From Podarcis filfolensis (taxonomy: Eukaryota), in assembly GCA_964270895.1 (NCBI GenBank), contig OZ185439.1: a DNA stretch of 64,000 nucleotides. The stretch is one strand, 5' to 3'. Within the stretch, counting starts at the first letter, position 1, and every line of letters starts with the position of its first letter. The translations under genes and the position numbers were made by a program. Below, piece after piece: positions 12,376-25,249 of this stretch. The notes below the pieces were generated by a model, which was given only the letters and a program-made list of their open reading frames with translations, did not search any database and was not told where the DNA came from.

Positions 12376-14394
12376 TTTTGGTAGTTGTGTTTGGTAGTGG
12401 CTATCTAACAGCTAATTGTATTACGTAATTATGCTAAGCATTCCTTTGAATACAGTGAAATACTTGCATTAGGGTAAACCAGTATTACTTCACAAATGGT
12501 CTCTCCTGTGATGAACCTACATCCTTTACAAGATGTTGGATTTCTACTGCAACAAAAGAGAAATCGGATTCCTCAGAGAATATTCAGCTGGTAAATATTA
12601 CTCAGGCTTTGTTGGTTGGCACATTTGCCTTCAGCTCAGTTTTTCCACAAGTAGCTCCTTACTAGTTGTGTCGTTATCAAACTGAGAGCCATTCAGAGGC
12701 TGGCACCTGTGGCTTAAAACGTTGTGAATACTGCCCTCTCCATGCCCTGAGAGTCATTGCTACTGCTTCTTCAAACAAGTCTTATTGCTTACGACAGGGG
12801 TGGAGAACCAAAGGGGTCAGCCCTTCAAAGGTCAGTTTGACAGATGGTTGTGGACACCCACTTGTCATATGGTATCAGGTGAGTGTAACTTCAACCTAGG
12901 ACTGCAGAGGAAGAACGGTGAGCACTTTCTAAAGCCACAGCTTTTTGAATTTGGTGTGCGGAAGAGAAAAAGGTGTCAAAAACAAAAAGTGCCGAATTTT
13001 GCCTGCAAAGGAAGATTCAGGAACTACAGCTTGAACTTTCCTGCACCTGATGTCACATATAACATCTTGTGTGGGAAAAGTGGCCACGACTTGCCAACAG
13101 TAGCATTTTGGGCCTACCTCTGAGGCTGAGAACTCAGAGCTTGCTTGTACCTGTGTAACATCCATCCACTCCAAGGGACACAGAAACAGAAAAAAAGGCA
13201 GGAGAGAAAACCAGCACTACAAAGTAAGCAATTCTCAATTGGTGCCATCAATCCAGAGGTGGAGTACAGAAATATCAGATCTGTGTTTTATATGTAATCA
13301 GAGAAAACACTTCCCTTGGTTGAGACATATTTGTAACCAGAATTATTAGGAAAAAATATTATTCTTTTAGATACTGTAGTTAAGAGCTTCCTATTACAAG
13401 TAAGAACACACTACCTATAAGTTACTTAGCAGCATCCACTTAAAGTGTGCTGCTGTGCACCAGATGCAGCTTGACAGACTAAACACAACGGAGATGATAC
13501 TATATTGAGCAGAGACAAAGTCTGTATAGTTGTTGGATTCAGACTTTAATACACTTCCTGAACCATATACCATCAACCACACCTCCCCTGGTCCTTCCGT
13601 CACAACAACTAAGTAAACTTACTTTTTCTCTTTTTTGAGGTTACTGTGTAGATTAAGCAAGCAAGTGGCAGAAGAAAGTCAAGGCAATATCCAAAAGGTG
13701 CAAGACCGCATTCTAATCAAGTAAGAAACAAGATGCTCCATTATACAAATCCAGAATTCTGACTATAGGTGACATTCTTGTTAAGTCCAAATCACTATTT
13801 AGAAGAGAAGGAAAGGTGAAGAGAAAGCCTAAAAGTTTGCCACTAAATTTGAAGTTCAATGATTTTTTTTTAAAAAATGTCTCAGTTTTTGTATAAATCA
13901 GGCCTTGAGATCAAGGATCAGAAGCTCCTGACTGCAGGAGGATGGCGGCATCATAGGGATTTGTGTTCCACTATTAAGACTATGCTAACAGATCAGCAGC
14001 TTTGGCTGACAGATTCACAACTGAAGCAAGACGAAGAGTGATTTTCTTCTTCTACTGGGGAGGCACTAAGGAGAAGGCAGGGCCACAAATGCTGACCCCT
14101 TTTTCCATGCGACAACTACTTGCTGTAATTCAGTGTACACTTGTTTGCCCCCACTGCCAAAGGCTTTTGCAGGTTGCTGGGTAGCAGTTGCATAGATGCA
14201 GGCACACACGTTGTGATTGCAGAGGAAAGTGTGCCTTAGAGCATGGTCCAAGTGCATGATGCACAAGGAATGTATGACGTTTCTTCCTCTGTTCAGTAGC
14301 ACATCCCCACACTAAGCCCAACAGCACAGGGATGGAGCAGCCGGGGCTGGTGATGCTAGTTCCGCTGATCCACGACACAGCTGCCTCGGAGTCG

Positions 14395-14523
14395 CTATCG
14401 GTCCTCATGGAGTTCCTTCTTCTGCAAGGCTTGGAGCTTGTTCCCAGTTGTTTGATGGACAACTTCTAGTCCATCTGAATCAAGCTCTTCTAGGAGCATC
14501 ATGATGGCATTGAGGATGTTGTT
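14395..14523 (-). CDS. CFAP410: CFAP410 exon 7, last coding exon ([22 protein letters not shown]...HEDR*)
   Basis: taacag|AAC...CGA TAG; 129 bp. Confidence 0.92.
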   Translation of the reverse strand, partial: NNILNAIMMLLEELDSDGLEVVHQTTGNKLQALQKKELHEDR

Positions 14524-17500
14524 CTGTTAACCCAGGACACACAAGACAAAGGGATCAAAAATGGATCAGGAAATTCACTACTTTGCTGACGTCTAGTCTC
14601 TACTAGTACTTGACCTGCTTAGGGAAGTTTTTAATGTTTAATGCTGTATTGTGTTTTTAATATTCGGTTGGGAGCTGCCCAGAGTGGCTGGGGAAACCCA
14701 GCCAGATGGGCAGGGTATAAATAATAAATTATTATTATTATTATTATTGACCATACTTTGCCCTCTCAATTTTCTTACACAAACATAGGTTTCTGAATCA
14801 GAGCAAAGGCTCGTCTTGATCAACAAACTGTTCTTACAGTGGCCAGCAAGTTGCCTCTGAGAAGCCCAAACACGCGGCAGAACTCCCTTGCTCATAAGCT
14901 GCAGCAACTATGGCTCTTGAAAACAACGCTGTCCCATCTGCAGGACAATGCCACAAGACCAGGCATCTCTGAACAGGGGCACTTGGTTTACTGCTGCTTA
15001 TGGCAAAATATATCAGGATGAGGTCAATTAATGCATGAGTCAGAACAGGCTACCTTTTGAGAGTCTGCCAGTTATGTTATGATATGAATCTGCCCTTCCC
15101 CTCCCAGACTGCAAGGGCAGATCAGTTACTTAGAATTAACCATGGGATGAGGAAGCAAGGCCGGCCAGCAGCGTCTTCCCTGTAGCCAAGATCTGCTTTA
15201 CCAAGGGAGAGCGAGATAGCAACTCCTTCCTACTACTCAGCAGCACATGGTGAAGTGGAGCTGCCCTCCAGACACTGGCACTGCTGCGGCTTCCCTTTAT
15301 GGGGTGGTAACAAAATCAGGGTTGTATGGGAGCATTGCCATCCAACCGGAGCTCCTGCAACTGCACAGTTCTGACTTCACCATCACCATGCCCCATCCAG
15401 GTTTTCAGCAATGGCTCCAGTGTTGTGAGGGTAGCTCTCCCACATGCTGCTGCACAGGGACAGCAAATTATTCACACATATCCAGTTTACTCTACGTATA
15501 GGATCCTGCAGCATTTCAAAGAAGCAGGACCAAGCTATTCCTGACTTGAGCGCTACAGCAGGGCTTAGCTCAAAGCAGTGGCATAGCGCATCACGCACAA
15601 AACACAGAGAACTACTGAGAGTGGGGAAAGGTTCTCACACGCACCCGTTTCTTTCGGTTCCCCTCCATCTGCCTAGGGCACAAGGAGACAAACTTCTCCC
15701 TCGGAGCAACAGGCTTCATCCCAAGCTGCTCGCGGATTTTACTGGGCAGGATAAAAGGAAAAGAAAAAGGAAATAAGTAAAGCAGCCATATGGAAGCACC
15801 CACCAGCGCTATCGGAAATGGCAGAGGATAGCTGCTCCTGCTGGACACAAGAGATCAAATCACAAGAGCATTTCAAGACACGAGCTCTTGGCATCCCACA
15901 CAGTAACACACTATGTGAATTTATACAGGAAGAGGGAGAATCTCTGTGTTGAGTTGGACATTCTCTAGCAGGGATGGGGAATCTGTGGCCCTTGATATGT
16001 TGTTGGGTTTCATCTCTCATCATCCCTGATGACTGACCATGCTAGCTGGGGCTGATAGGAAATGGAATTCAACAACATACCACTGTACTGTGGAGAGTGA
16101 TAAACTTATGGTCTGTGTGTGTGGTTTGGGGAGCTGCACGGCCAGGGAGAAAACAATGCTGTCCAGGGTTGTAAAGACTGCAGAGAGAATAAATGGGTGC
16201 ACTCTTCCCACCTTAGATCAAATCTATGCTGTCAGGTGCCATAAGAAAGCTGCAGAGATAGTGCAGGATAGTACGCACCCCGGAAATGATCTCTTTCAGC
16301 TTCTGCCTTCTGGAAGAAGGTATAGGGTCATAAAGACCAGGACTAGCTGCCTCAGAAACAGTTTCTACCCAAATGCAATTCTGGTTTTAAATGCAGTATA
16401 AGGAGTCTCTATAGGAGTATATTGTATTTTAAAATGGGGTTTCAGAGTTTTTAGGGGTTTTTGAATGTCTTATGTAGATTTTTCAATTTCATTGTTCTGT
16501 ATGGAACAATGACAATAAAGATATCGTATTGTATCGTAGCGGGAGAGGCACAGATCTCCACCCCACCCCCATTGTGTATTAATAAAGTTGCAATAAAGAA
16601 ATGCCACCAGCAAGAAACAGAGCCCTTCTCACTTTGTCTCCTCCAAGGTGAAGTTCATGACTTCATTTTCATTCTCTGCTGTAGACTCTGTTACACTGGA
16701 TTCAGTGGTGGAGTTTTGGGAGAAGTTTTCCACGTCCAATTTGGCTGGGGGTGACGTTATCTCTTCCCCTTCCAGCAGGGAATGGGACAGTTCTTCCTCT
16801 GTCACCACTGCAAATATCAGGAAAAATGCAGAGGGAGCATTTTCGTTAGACAAGCTCAGTGATCTAGGGCTGCCACAGGGAGCCCTTGTGGGCTAGTTCT
16901 TTATTTGCAAGGGGTTTCCCACGTGGGTAGTATTAAGAAAATGGGATCCCCAATGGTAGGATTCTACCACCACCCCATTTTACGGCATGTAGACCTAAGA
17001 GAAGTTTCAATCAGCAAATGCAAAACACCAACAGAGGAAGGGCAATTTGCCGTAATACACACTCCGATTGTCAAGCTTCTGGAGATTCGGAAGGTTGCGC
17101 AGCACCGTCATCCGATAGCGATGAGGATCAGGACCACAGCAAGGGTTCTCAGAGAGCCAGAGGATTCTCAGGCGGGGCAGCTTCTTCAGGTGGAACAGCT
17201 CAAGGAGGCTTGCAATATTGTTCCTCCTGAGATAAAGCTCCGTTAAGTTCTGGCACTGGTTCATTGGCTCCAGGCTGGAGATGTGATTTGCACTATTGGA
17301 GAAAGCAAAGGAAAGTTGGAAACCAGATGCAAGTGTTATCACCTGTATCAGGCTTGCATGACATAAGGCTCATGATCTGACTGTGATTCCCTGTGAGAAA
17401 TACACATTATCTGCAGCACTGCCCTGTCTCTCTGCAGGGGAGCTTATGAAGCCTCATGACAGCAGTATGGCTGGCACACGATGCAGCAGATCAAGTGCTG

Positions 17501-20500
17501 GTTCAAAGTCTACCCTCCCACCGCCCTTTCTGCTGGTTACCACTGGCTTAGATCCTGCTGGTACAACCCACCATCTGGGCAGCCACATTAGGTAACTAAG
17601 TAAACATTAGGTAAACCACAGACAGTATTGTTTATATTACTGCTTTATTTAGTTTTATTCATTTATTAAATTTGTATACCACTCTTCATTCATAGATCTC
17701 AGGGCTGTCCACAACTTTCTTACAACCAAGTCTTGCATCTCTTTATCACACTGTCTATATTTTGCATGGTTTCCTTATATATATAAAAAAACACACACAC
17801 ACTCTTTCAAATATATTTTAAATATTCCCACATAGGGTCTTTCTTATGGTCAGCATCTGTAACAGTTGATTTGATTGAAATCCTATGCGCTCATAAAATG
17901 TGCGGGTTTTTTTAGGGGGGTGTTATTGGGTTGTTGTTTTATTTTGATTATGTATTTTGTGGTTTTATATTTTGATTTTATTCTGTCACCTGCTTTGAGA
18001 CCTGCGGGTATATAAATATAAATATTATAATAATAATTTTAAAGAGAGTTCAGAGTGTTGTATGTAAGCCTATCCCCTCTTTTTACCCGTACATGTAGGA
18101 AACCCAAAATTAAAGTATGTAGAATGGTCATCAACAATTATTTACTGTTAGCTAGTACAGTGCTGCACATCTCAAATCCTATATATCTAAGTTTATTTTT
18201 AAGCTGGTGCTCATATTCACAGTGGTACAAGCAAAATATTCTATTATACAGAAGGAAGGCGGGCATTATTTAGTTTCATAACATCTGTTCCAAGCAGAAT
18301 TGATGGCAAGTATGAAAGAGATACAAAGAGTGTGTGGCAGAAGCCAGGCAACCCAACAACCAATCAAGGTAAGAAGATGAAGAAAAGGAGTCAAAATGCT
18401 ATGCATTCTCAACATGGTAGCAGGTAAATAGCCTGGACTGGTTAGGTTTTCAAGGGAGAGTCCTATTCATCCTCAGAAGGAAGATTTTTATTTCCCCTGG
18501 CTTGATTTGTTAAGCCAACAATTACCTTTTAAGAGACTCCAACACATACCTGAATGTGATTACCTCAATGTTGGGAAGCTCACGGCAGATAGAAATCTAG
18601 AAAAAGAGAATCAAGCAGAAAAGAAGCTTTAGCAAACTTTAGCAGTCTCTTGTTGGTGGGGCAGGGAGGAAGCATGTAGCTTGCTAACTGACCCAGTAAG
18701 CCTGTTAGAAATTTTAGGCACTTATATTGGAAGTTTTGTTTTGCAACCATTTATTTAACTTAGGGCCAAAGAACTCTGAATCAACCAATATTTTAAAAAA
18801 TAAATAAATCCCAGGACTACAGGGCTGGAAAGGTCACCTGTGTCAAGGCAGGGTGCTCTGCTTCCAAATTACTTACAAAAGATTAGTATCTCTTTTCTGA
18901 CAACAGCAGCTTCCTAGGTTCTTAAGACTGTGATTGCTCTGATCTTTTCCTACCAGTAATCATTTTAAGTTGAAGCGCCAAGGATCAAGCCTGGGACCTT
19001 CTGAATGCAAAAGCATGTACTCTACCAATGAGCTAATGGAGATCAGTACAGGCAGTGAAGGCTCTGGGTCCATTACAGCAATCATGTCAATACCGTAATT
19101 CCCAGTTGGCCGTGAAAGGTAGGCCAAGACAAAGCACAGAAAGGCAGCATCTCAAGGAAGCCAGACAGCTCTTTGTTTCATACTTACTGACAATTTCTGC
19201 ATGAAATAGTGGCTGCTGATACCTGTGCTACTGTAAAGCCACCTCATCACCTCCTTATTTCTAGTATACTTCTAGTATAGAAGTATAGTTCTAGAAAGAA
19301 GCAAAAAGGATCAAGTTATTAACTTTTGCTTCCTCCTTAGGGCTGGTCTCTCTCTCTCAGTTTGATTTTAACAAGGAACAGCTAAGAACCACTCCTGACC
19401 CCATTCCTTCCTCTGCTGGGAAAATGCAAGTGCTATAATTGATATGAAGACCTTGCCATATCTACTAATCATAGGAGGACTGGAGCATTTCCCTTTTCCA
19501 ATAACTAAAACAGGCAGGAGAAAACTGGATTCTATGCATCCTCTCATTATAATTAGCTACTGAAGACAAGCAGAAAGCAAATTTTTTGAGATACACCAAC
19601 AAGTAAGGTATACAAGGGGGGCATCCAAATTCTCTGCTTCTATCCTTTAAAACAACAATGGCAAACACCATGCCAATTCACTGCTTTTTTAGAAAGTTAG
19701 GAACAACACTTACATCTGAGATGCGACTGCCCCTAAAAGAGAAAAACAATCTTTTTAATAGGTGAAACAGATCATGCACTTAAAAGGCTGAAACAGTATT
19801 TATAGCAAGCAAAGGAAAGCCACTTGTGAAAGAGACACAATTAAAGGCCTTTACAAGCATTCTGGCTCTCCTCTGCATTCAATGGAAGTGTGTCGAGTGG
19901 CACTGCAATGACAAGCTCTTCCTCAGCCCCTGTGCACAAATATATCTGTACACATGTCTTTCTGCACCTCTGCAGTGCGTCTACAATTATATGTGCATGA
20001 GCACCTCTCCACACAATCCGAAACAGTGGAGAATTTGCTATGCACATACGAGTATGCAGGGATGTTGCAAACGTCCCAATGGAAGAGGAGCCAGACACTG
20101 GATGACTGAAAAAAGTGCTAGCAATCAGGTATGCGTCCTCCAGATGTTGCTGTTGGACTCCAATTTGCTGGCGAAGCTTCCCCCAAGGCTGCATCTGCTG
20201 GGGGCAAACCACCTGTTGATTTGTGCCAGGTATGCTGCCAAAAGAGATACTGGCCAGGAGGAAACCGTAGCAACCCTATCAGGTGCAGCAGCACAACAGG
20301 GGAGGGGAGGGAGAATGGACCGGTTTTAGCATCTTTATTTTGTGTTTCGACCGCGTGGTGAGATTCCTGCATTGCAGGGGCTGGACTAGATGATCCTGGG
20401 GTCCCTCCTAACTCCATAGAATTGTGGTGCCATTATTCTAACTCCCGGAACTTCCGTTCCCCAGCCGGTCAGCTTCGGACCCCTCTTCCACCCCGGTTTG

Positions 20501-20637
20501 CAATGCGGCTCTTCCCTCCCAGCTCCGCCGCCAGGTGAGCGCGGGCCTCTCTCCCCGTACCAGCAGTTCAGCTTGCGGACGCCGCTGAGGTCGGTGGCCT
20601 TTGCCCGGGACAGGACCACCTTACGGGTCAGTTTCAT
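14395..20637 (-). CDS. CFAP410: Cilia- and flagella-associated protein 410 (C21orf2), complete, 257 aa. complement(join(20637-20561,19732-19714,18596-18550,17292-17063,16807-16633,15741-15645,14523-14395))
   Basis: The protein starts [14 protein letters not shown]...RKLNCWGSRISDISIC. It has LRRs and an LRR cap (LWLSENPCC...[17 protein letters not shown]) and a C-terminal [15 protein letters not shown] motif. The 774 bp of exons sum in frame, and the exon sizes 77/19/47/230/175/97/129 are close to the human structure as I recall it. Confidence 0.95.
15645..15741 (-). CDS. CFAP410: CFAP410 exon 6 ([17 protein letters not shown]...RKKR)
   Basis: gcccag|T...CGG|gtgcgt; 97 bp. Confidence 0.9.
16076..16540 (+). 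mobile_element. Rex1/Babar LINE 3' fragment in CFAP410 intron 5
   Basis: Translation YHCTVES...[13 protein letters not shown]...[17 protein letters not shown]...[13 protein letters not shown] is typical of the Rex1/Babar ORF end. A 3' UTR follows, with aataaag and a short (tatcg/tattg) tail. Confidence 0.8.
16633..16807 (-). CDS. CFAP410: CFAP410 exon 5 ([17 protein letters not shown]...TLEET)
   Basis: ttgcag|TG...AA|gtgaga; 175 bp. Confidence 0.92.
17063..17292 (-). CDS. CFAP410: CFAP410 exon 4 (LRRs and LRR cap)
   Basis: caatag|T GCA AAT...CGG A|gtgtgt; 230 bp. Confidence 0.92.
18550..18596 (-). CDS. CFAP410: CFAP410 exon 3 ([16 protein letters not shown])
   Basis: ttctag|ATT...AG|gtatgt; 47 bp. 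Confidence 0.92.
19714..19732 (-). CDS. CFAP410: CFAP410 exon 2, 19-bp micro-exon (GSRISD)
   Basis: tttag|GGGCAGTCGCATCTCAGAT|gtaagt. Confidence 0.9.
20362..20425 (+). mobile_element. Isolated CR1-type 3' tail (truncated LINE or SINE)
   Basis: gattcctgcattgcaggggctggactagatgatcctggggtccctcctaactc; the same tail as at 9505, 23554 and 54012. Confidence 0.6.
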
Positions 20638-21050
20638 GGCCGCGGCGGGGTCGCCGGCCTTCCCGGGCCTGGTCGCCAAGGCCCGCTCGCCAGCTTCCGA
20701 CGCGTTTCCAAGGGCGGGCGCGGGCGCAGGCGCAGAAGCCTTCGCCTCCATCCCGCTCACGGCAGAGCCGGCACGCTGGGCCGGGGCGGAGCTTAAATTG
20801 CCTGCCCCGCCCCTCGCCCTCTTCACCCAGCAGCGCGAGCCTGAGCCAAACGACTTGCAGGGGGCGGAGTTAGTCGAGGCTCTGGACCCCGAGGGGTGGA
20901 GTCAGATGAGTGGGCGGAGTCGCCGGGAGACCGTTAGTACCTTTTGGCGGCGTTGTGCTCTGCGCGTGCGCGTCAACTGAAATAGGAATGCAGCGGTTGA
21001 CGGCGCTCGCCTGTTCCTCAAATTAATTGTTATTATCGCTCCTACGTTTT
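20440..21050. promoter_or_regulatory. CpG island / TATA-less promoter of CFAP410
   Basis: An abrupt GC- and CpG-rich segment spans exon 1. It has several GGGCGG GC-boxes (about 20782, 20863, 20892) and an NRF1-like TGCGCGTGCGC at about 20961. Confidence 0.85.
20561..20637 (-). CDS. CFAP410: CFAP410 exon 1 ([26 protein letters not shown])
   Basis: Kozak gcggccATGA; TG|gtacgg donor; 77 bp. Confidence 0.95.
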
Positions 21051-23553
21051 TTTCCAGCCAAGAACCTCAAAAGTAGCATACATGGAGCTTAGCCCCCCCT
21101 TTTTTGAAATGCTAAAGCGACCCTGTGCGGTTTGTATGTTTGACCTCGGTGGGGGTTAAGGTGGTATGTATGTATATTGAAACTATTTTTTATGAGTTTT
21201 GCTTCTACCTTGTCTTTCCTCTAAGGAACTAAAAGTAGCACGTGCGGTTTCTTCCACTCCAATTTTATCCTCACAGCTACCCTGTAAAGTAGACTAGGCT
21301 GAGAGATTGCAACCCGCCCAGGGCAAAGCTTGTCAGTCTGAGTCTATACCTCAGATAATCTGGGCAGGAACAATAATATCCAACAAATAAAGCTAGACTT
21401 CATAAGCAGTTATACTTGAGTGAGGAACATTGCACTAAAACTCTTTGAAATATACTGTTCTAGCTCAGTTTGTAGATCCATCAGGCACACAAAAATTCTA
21501 GCCATTATATGCCTATCCTGTACCCATTTACTTAGAGGTTTTGATGATTAAGCAGTACAGTGGCATCTCAGTTTTTGAAAGTAATCCGTTTAAGTTCTGG
21601 AATGTTTAAAAACCGAGGCGTAAAGGCAGTCTGCAAATTTAATTGAGAAAATTGAGAAACACTCAGCAGAAGCCGTTCAACTTCCGAGGCGCATTCAAAA
21701 ATGGAAGCATTTACTTCTGGGTTTTCGGCCTTCAAGTTCCGAAACGTTTGCCAACGGAGATGTTTGAAAACCAAGGCACCTCTGTATATTAATGCTGGTA
21801 AAATAAATTTACTTTGCAATTGGCTCCATTGGTGCTAGTGCAACATCCAGTCTTCAGAAAGAACTATGCAAATTTTAAAAGTTTCTAAATAAATAAAAAC
21901 AAACAAAACAAACTTTTGAGTTACAACATTATGTGTCTGGGAGCTTTGTTTTGTTTTTGCTAGTTTATTATGTATTTTGTGTTTTCATGTTGTAAACTGC
22001 CTTGTGATCTTCAGGTGAAGGGTAGTATATAAATTTAAACAACAACAATACCTTGTTTTTCACTGTATCTGTGTGTCTTAATAACATGGGGCGCAGATGC
22101 CCATGATTACCTAGGCAACTACATCACCCACACCACTCATTAGCAATTGATAAATGGCATATATATATAAAATGCAGGGTAAAAATCACAAGAATGGAAC
22201 AAATGAGTTTGGAGGAAATGCAGTAGCTGAGTGAGGATGGACAAATTTAAAACAAGATGGAGATTATAATAACTTGGTAACTAACAAGACTTAAATATTA
22301 TAGATGGAATCATACTTTCCTGAAGACCATAGTTGCAGCTTGTAACTGTTCCTAGTCTTTTGTACTCTCTCCTAAAGAATTGGGAATTGGCCAGAATTAG
22401 CCATGATCTGGTAATATCTAGATTAATTACCACAACAAATTTCACTCTTACTGGAGTTGCCACTGCTTAGAAGTTTTATTTTGGACAATTTGCAGCTGCT
22501 GAGTTTATTTATTTTTATTATTTGCTGTCATCTGTAGCCTCATAGCAAGAGTTTTCTATTTGTTGTTGACTGATACAATATTACACAAGTACACTTGTAC
22601 TAGCTACAATTAAACTTCTGGGCACACAAATCAAAGTTCTGATTTTTTTTAAAACCCCGTAAAGTCAGAAATTGTCAGGACTTGGCATACTTGAGAAACA
22701 ACTTTTGTGTTTGTCCCCTGTTGTGATCTGGTCATATGGCCCTTGGTGTCCTTTCTATGGACTTTAAGGGAGGCAACTAAACTATCCATTACCATGAAAT
22801 GCCTAATTATGCTTTTTTATGGTGCTTAATTATGTAGTACCTTAATGCAGCTGGGCTTCCATTCTTGTGGTCTTCTTCTTGTGCTTGTGTCATTTGCACT
22901 GATTTGTAAACTTTACTGTGTTTTATTTATTGGTGTATTTACTGTTTTATCTCACTTATATTTTAACTTGAGGGCTCTTATGATATGGTGGTACTGTATG
23001 TAGGTTAACAAAAATCCATAAAAGGATACACTTCCTTGAGGAAAGATGTCTAGAGCTTGTGCAACAAATAAGTGACAACTTGGCATTTATATCACAGTGT
23101 GGATGGAAAAAGATTCATGTCTCTGGCCACCCTTTATCTCAGTCACCAGAGCACCTTTCATATTTCTTCAGCATATATCCTAGAAGCTCTTTGGTGACCT
23201 TGATGTCTGGGATTAATGCACTTTCCATCTTTTCTAAAGTAATTTTTTATATAATTGCCTGTTGGTTTTTCCTTTCACAGAGCTGTAAAAACTTGAAAAG
23301 CACTCCTATTCATGGGCACTCAGGGGCATCTTCTAAGCTCATTAGAGCTTTAGACATACTTGCCTAAATAGACTTGGATCAGGACCTCAGTGGTTATATT
23401 GTAGACAGCACGATGCCAGCCAGATGGTGGGGTGGAGGGCATCTAAGTTGGCTGAGAAAAGAAGCAGCTAAATCAGGAATAGCCAGTGTGGTGCCTGTTG
23501 TGGACCATAGCTCCCATCTGACTGGGCCAGCATGACCAATGGTCGGTGATAAT

Positions 23554-24136
23554 AGAATCCTAGAATTGAAGGGATCCTGAGGGTCATCTTGTCCAGCCCC
23601 CTGCTATGCAGGAATCTCAACTAATGCATCCATGACAGATGGCCATCCAACTTCTGCTTAAAAACCCCCAAGGAAGGAGAGTCTACCACCTCCTGAGGGA
23701 GTCCATTCCACTGTCAAACAGCTCTTAATGTCAGAAAGTTCTTCCTGATGTTTAGTCGCAATCTCCTTTTTTATAACTTGAAGCCATTGGTTTGTGTCCT
23801 ACCCTTCAAAGCAGGAGAAAACAAGTTTGCTCCATATTCCATGTGACAGTCCTTTAGATATTTGAAGATAGCCACCATATTTCTTCCCTGACTCCTCTTT
23901 ATCATGCTAAACATACCCAACTCCTTCAACCATTTATCATAAGGCTTGGTTTCCAGATCCTTGATCACCTTAGTTGCCCTCCTCTGCACATGTTCCACCT
24001 TGTCAATACCTTCTTCAATTGTGGTGCCCAGAAGTCAACTCAGTATTCCAGGTGGGGTCTAACCAAGGCAGAATAGAGTAGTACTATTACCTCCGTTCAT
24101 CTGGACACTGCACTTCTGATGCAGCCTAAAATAGCA
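23554..24136 (-). mobile_element. CR1 LINE 3' fragment
   Basis: ORF 23771-23998 EHVQRRATKVIKDLETKPY...LKELGMFS...GRTQTNGFKL is the CR1 ORF2 C-terminus; it is followed by the 3' tail and a (gattct)-type end. Confidence 0.9.
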
Positions 24137-24661
24137 GATGAGAATAGAATGGTGTTGAGAGTTGTAGTATAAAACTTAGAAATGGAGGGGATCACATGAG
24201 CTAACCCTGTGCTAGGGCTTATGCTACATATGTATTAAACTTATTGATTTATTAACTAGAATCTCCAGTTATAATACCTGCATCTGAGATAGCAAGATAG
24301 TTATATACCTTTGCCTGAGAGCTTGGAGAAGTAATGGTCAAAGGAAAAGGATCACTGGCCTAAGCATCATGAGTCTGCATTTGCAGCAGATGTATTAATA
24401 AGGTGATAGAATAAAGAGGTGGTTTAATAGACAGTACTAGATGAGATTAAAGGTGAGTGGAATGCTTTCCCATGTTAAAAAATCATTTTAAGTAGAAAAC
24501 TATCATATTGAGGACAACATTCTGGCTCAGCCTGTCACTTATTTTGCTGCTTTGGTAACTAGTACTTTGTGAGATAGGTGACTATTACTATATCTCCATT
24601 AAAATACAGTAATGCTTTATGCAATGCAATGTCATTTTCAATTATCATTATATCAATGATA

Positions 24662-24665
<4 letters not shown>

Positions 24666-24704
<39 letters not shown>
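24666..24704. repeat. (TG)n microsatellite
   Basis: An uninterrupted TG run of about 39 bp. Confidence 0.95.
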
Positions 24705-24707
<3 letters not shown>

Positions 24708-25249
24708 GGGAGTCTTATCTTTTTAGAACTTTTCCCATTTTGGCTCTTATTCCCACCTTTAAATAATTTATTTAAAATGGTTTTGCATGTGTACATGGAA
24801 AGCTAAAATTCTGCTTTTAATTGCATTGCTCACAGATATGTTTATAAATAAACAATCTCCACTAGAAGTGATTTTCTCCACCCACAACATTATTTTGGGG
24901 ACAGCTATTTATCAATACGTAAAGGGAGGACCCGTGAAGTGGTGAGTGAATTTTGACCCTTGCTTTTACCACGAAGGATCCAACAGATATTATGGCAGCT
25001 GGAAGCATGTACTGCTAACGCAGTACATGCAGTAGTATCTATAAGGCTGGACTGTTGTGGTTGCATGTAGTCACAGTCTCTAAGATTTTCATGCAGGCCT
25101 ACTACCTTGGGCCATTCCTTGGCTTTCCCCCCAAACAATTTAGTGTATTTTATCCTGATTATATGGAATATTGTGAGCTAAATGCTGTTATTCACTCTGG
25201 GGAATTGTTAGCCTATTTTTACAAGAATGTCACCAATAACACTAGCAGG

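Noticed and set aside
14524-15644. Frame-preserving retention of CFAP410 intron 6, as in the long human isoform
   Set aside because: The intron here is 1121 bp, not a multiple of 3, carries a LINE tail and has no continuous open frame in the ORF track.
20386-20826. 146-aa minus ORF as an N-terminally extended CFAP410
   Set aside because: It uses a non-ATG start and reads through the exon-1 donor. The conserved protein starts at the strong-Kozak ATG at 20637.
19826-20980. Plus-strand ORFs of 167 aa (19826-20329) and 160 aa (20498-20980) as an antisense gene
   Set aside because: There is no recognisable domain. The first needs a GTG start, and the second is the stop-poor shadow of the CpG island and CFAP410 exon 1.
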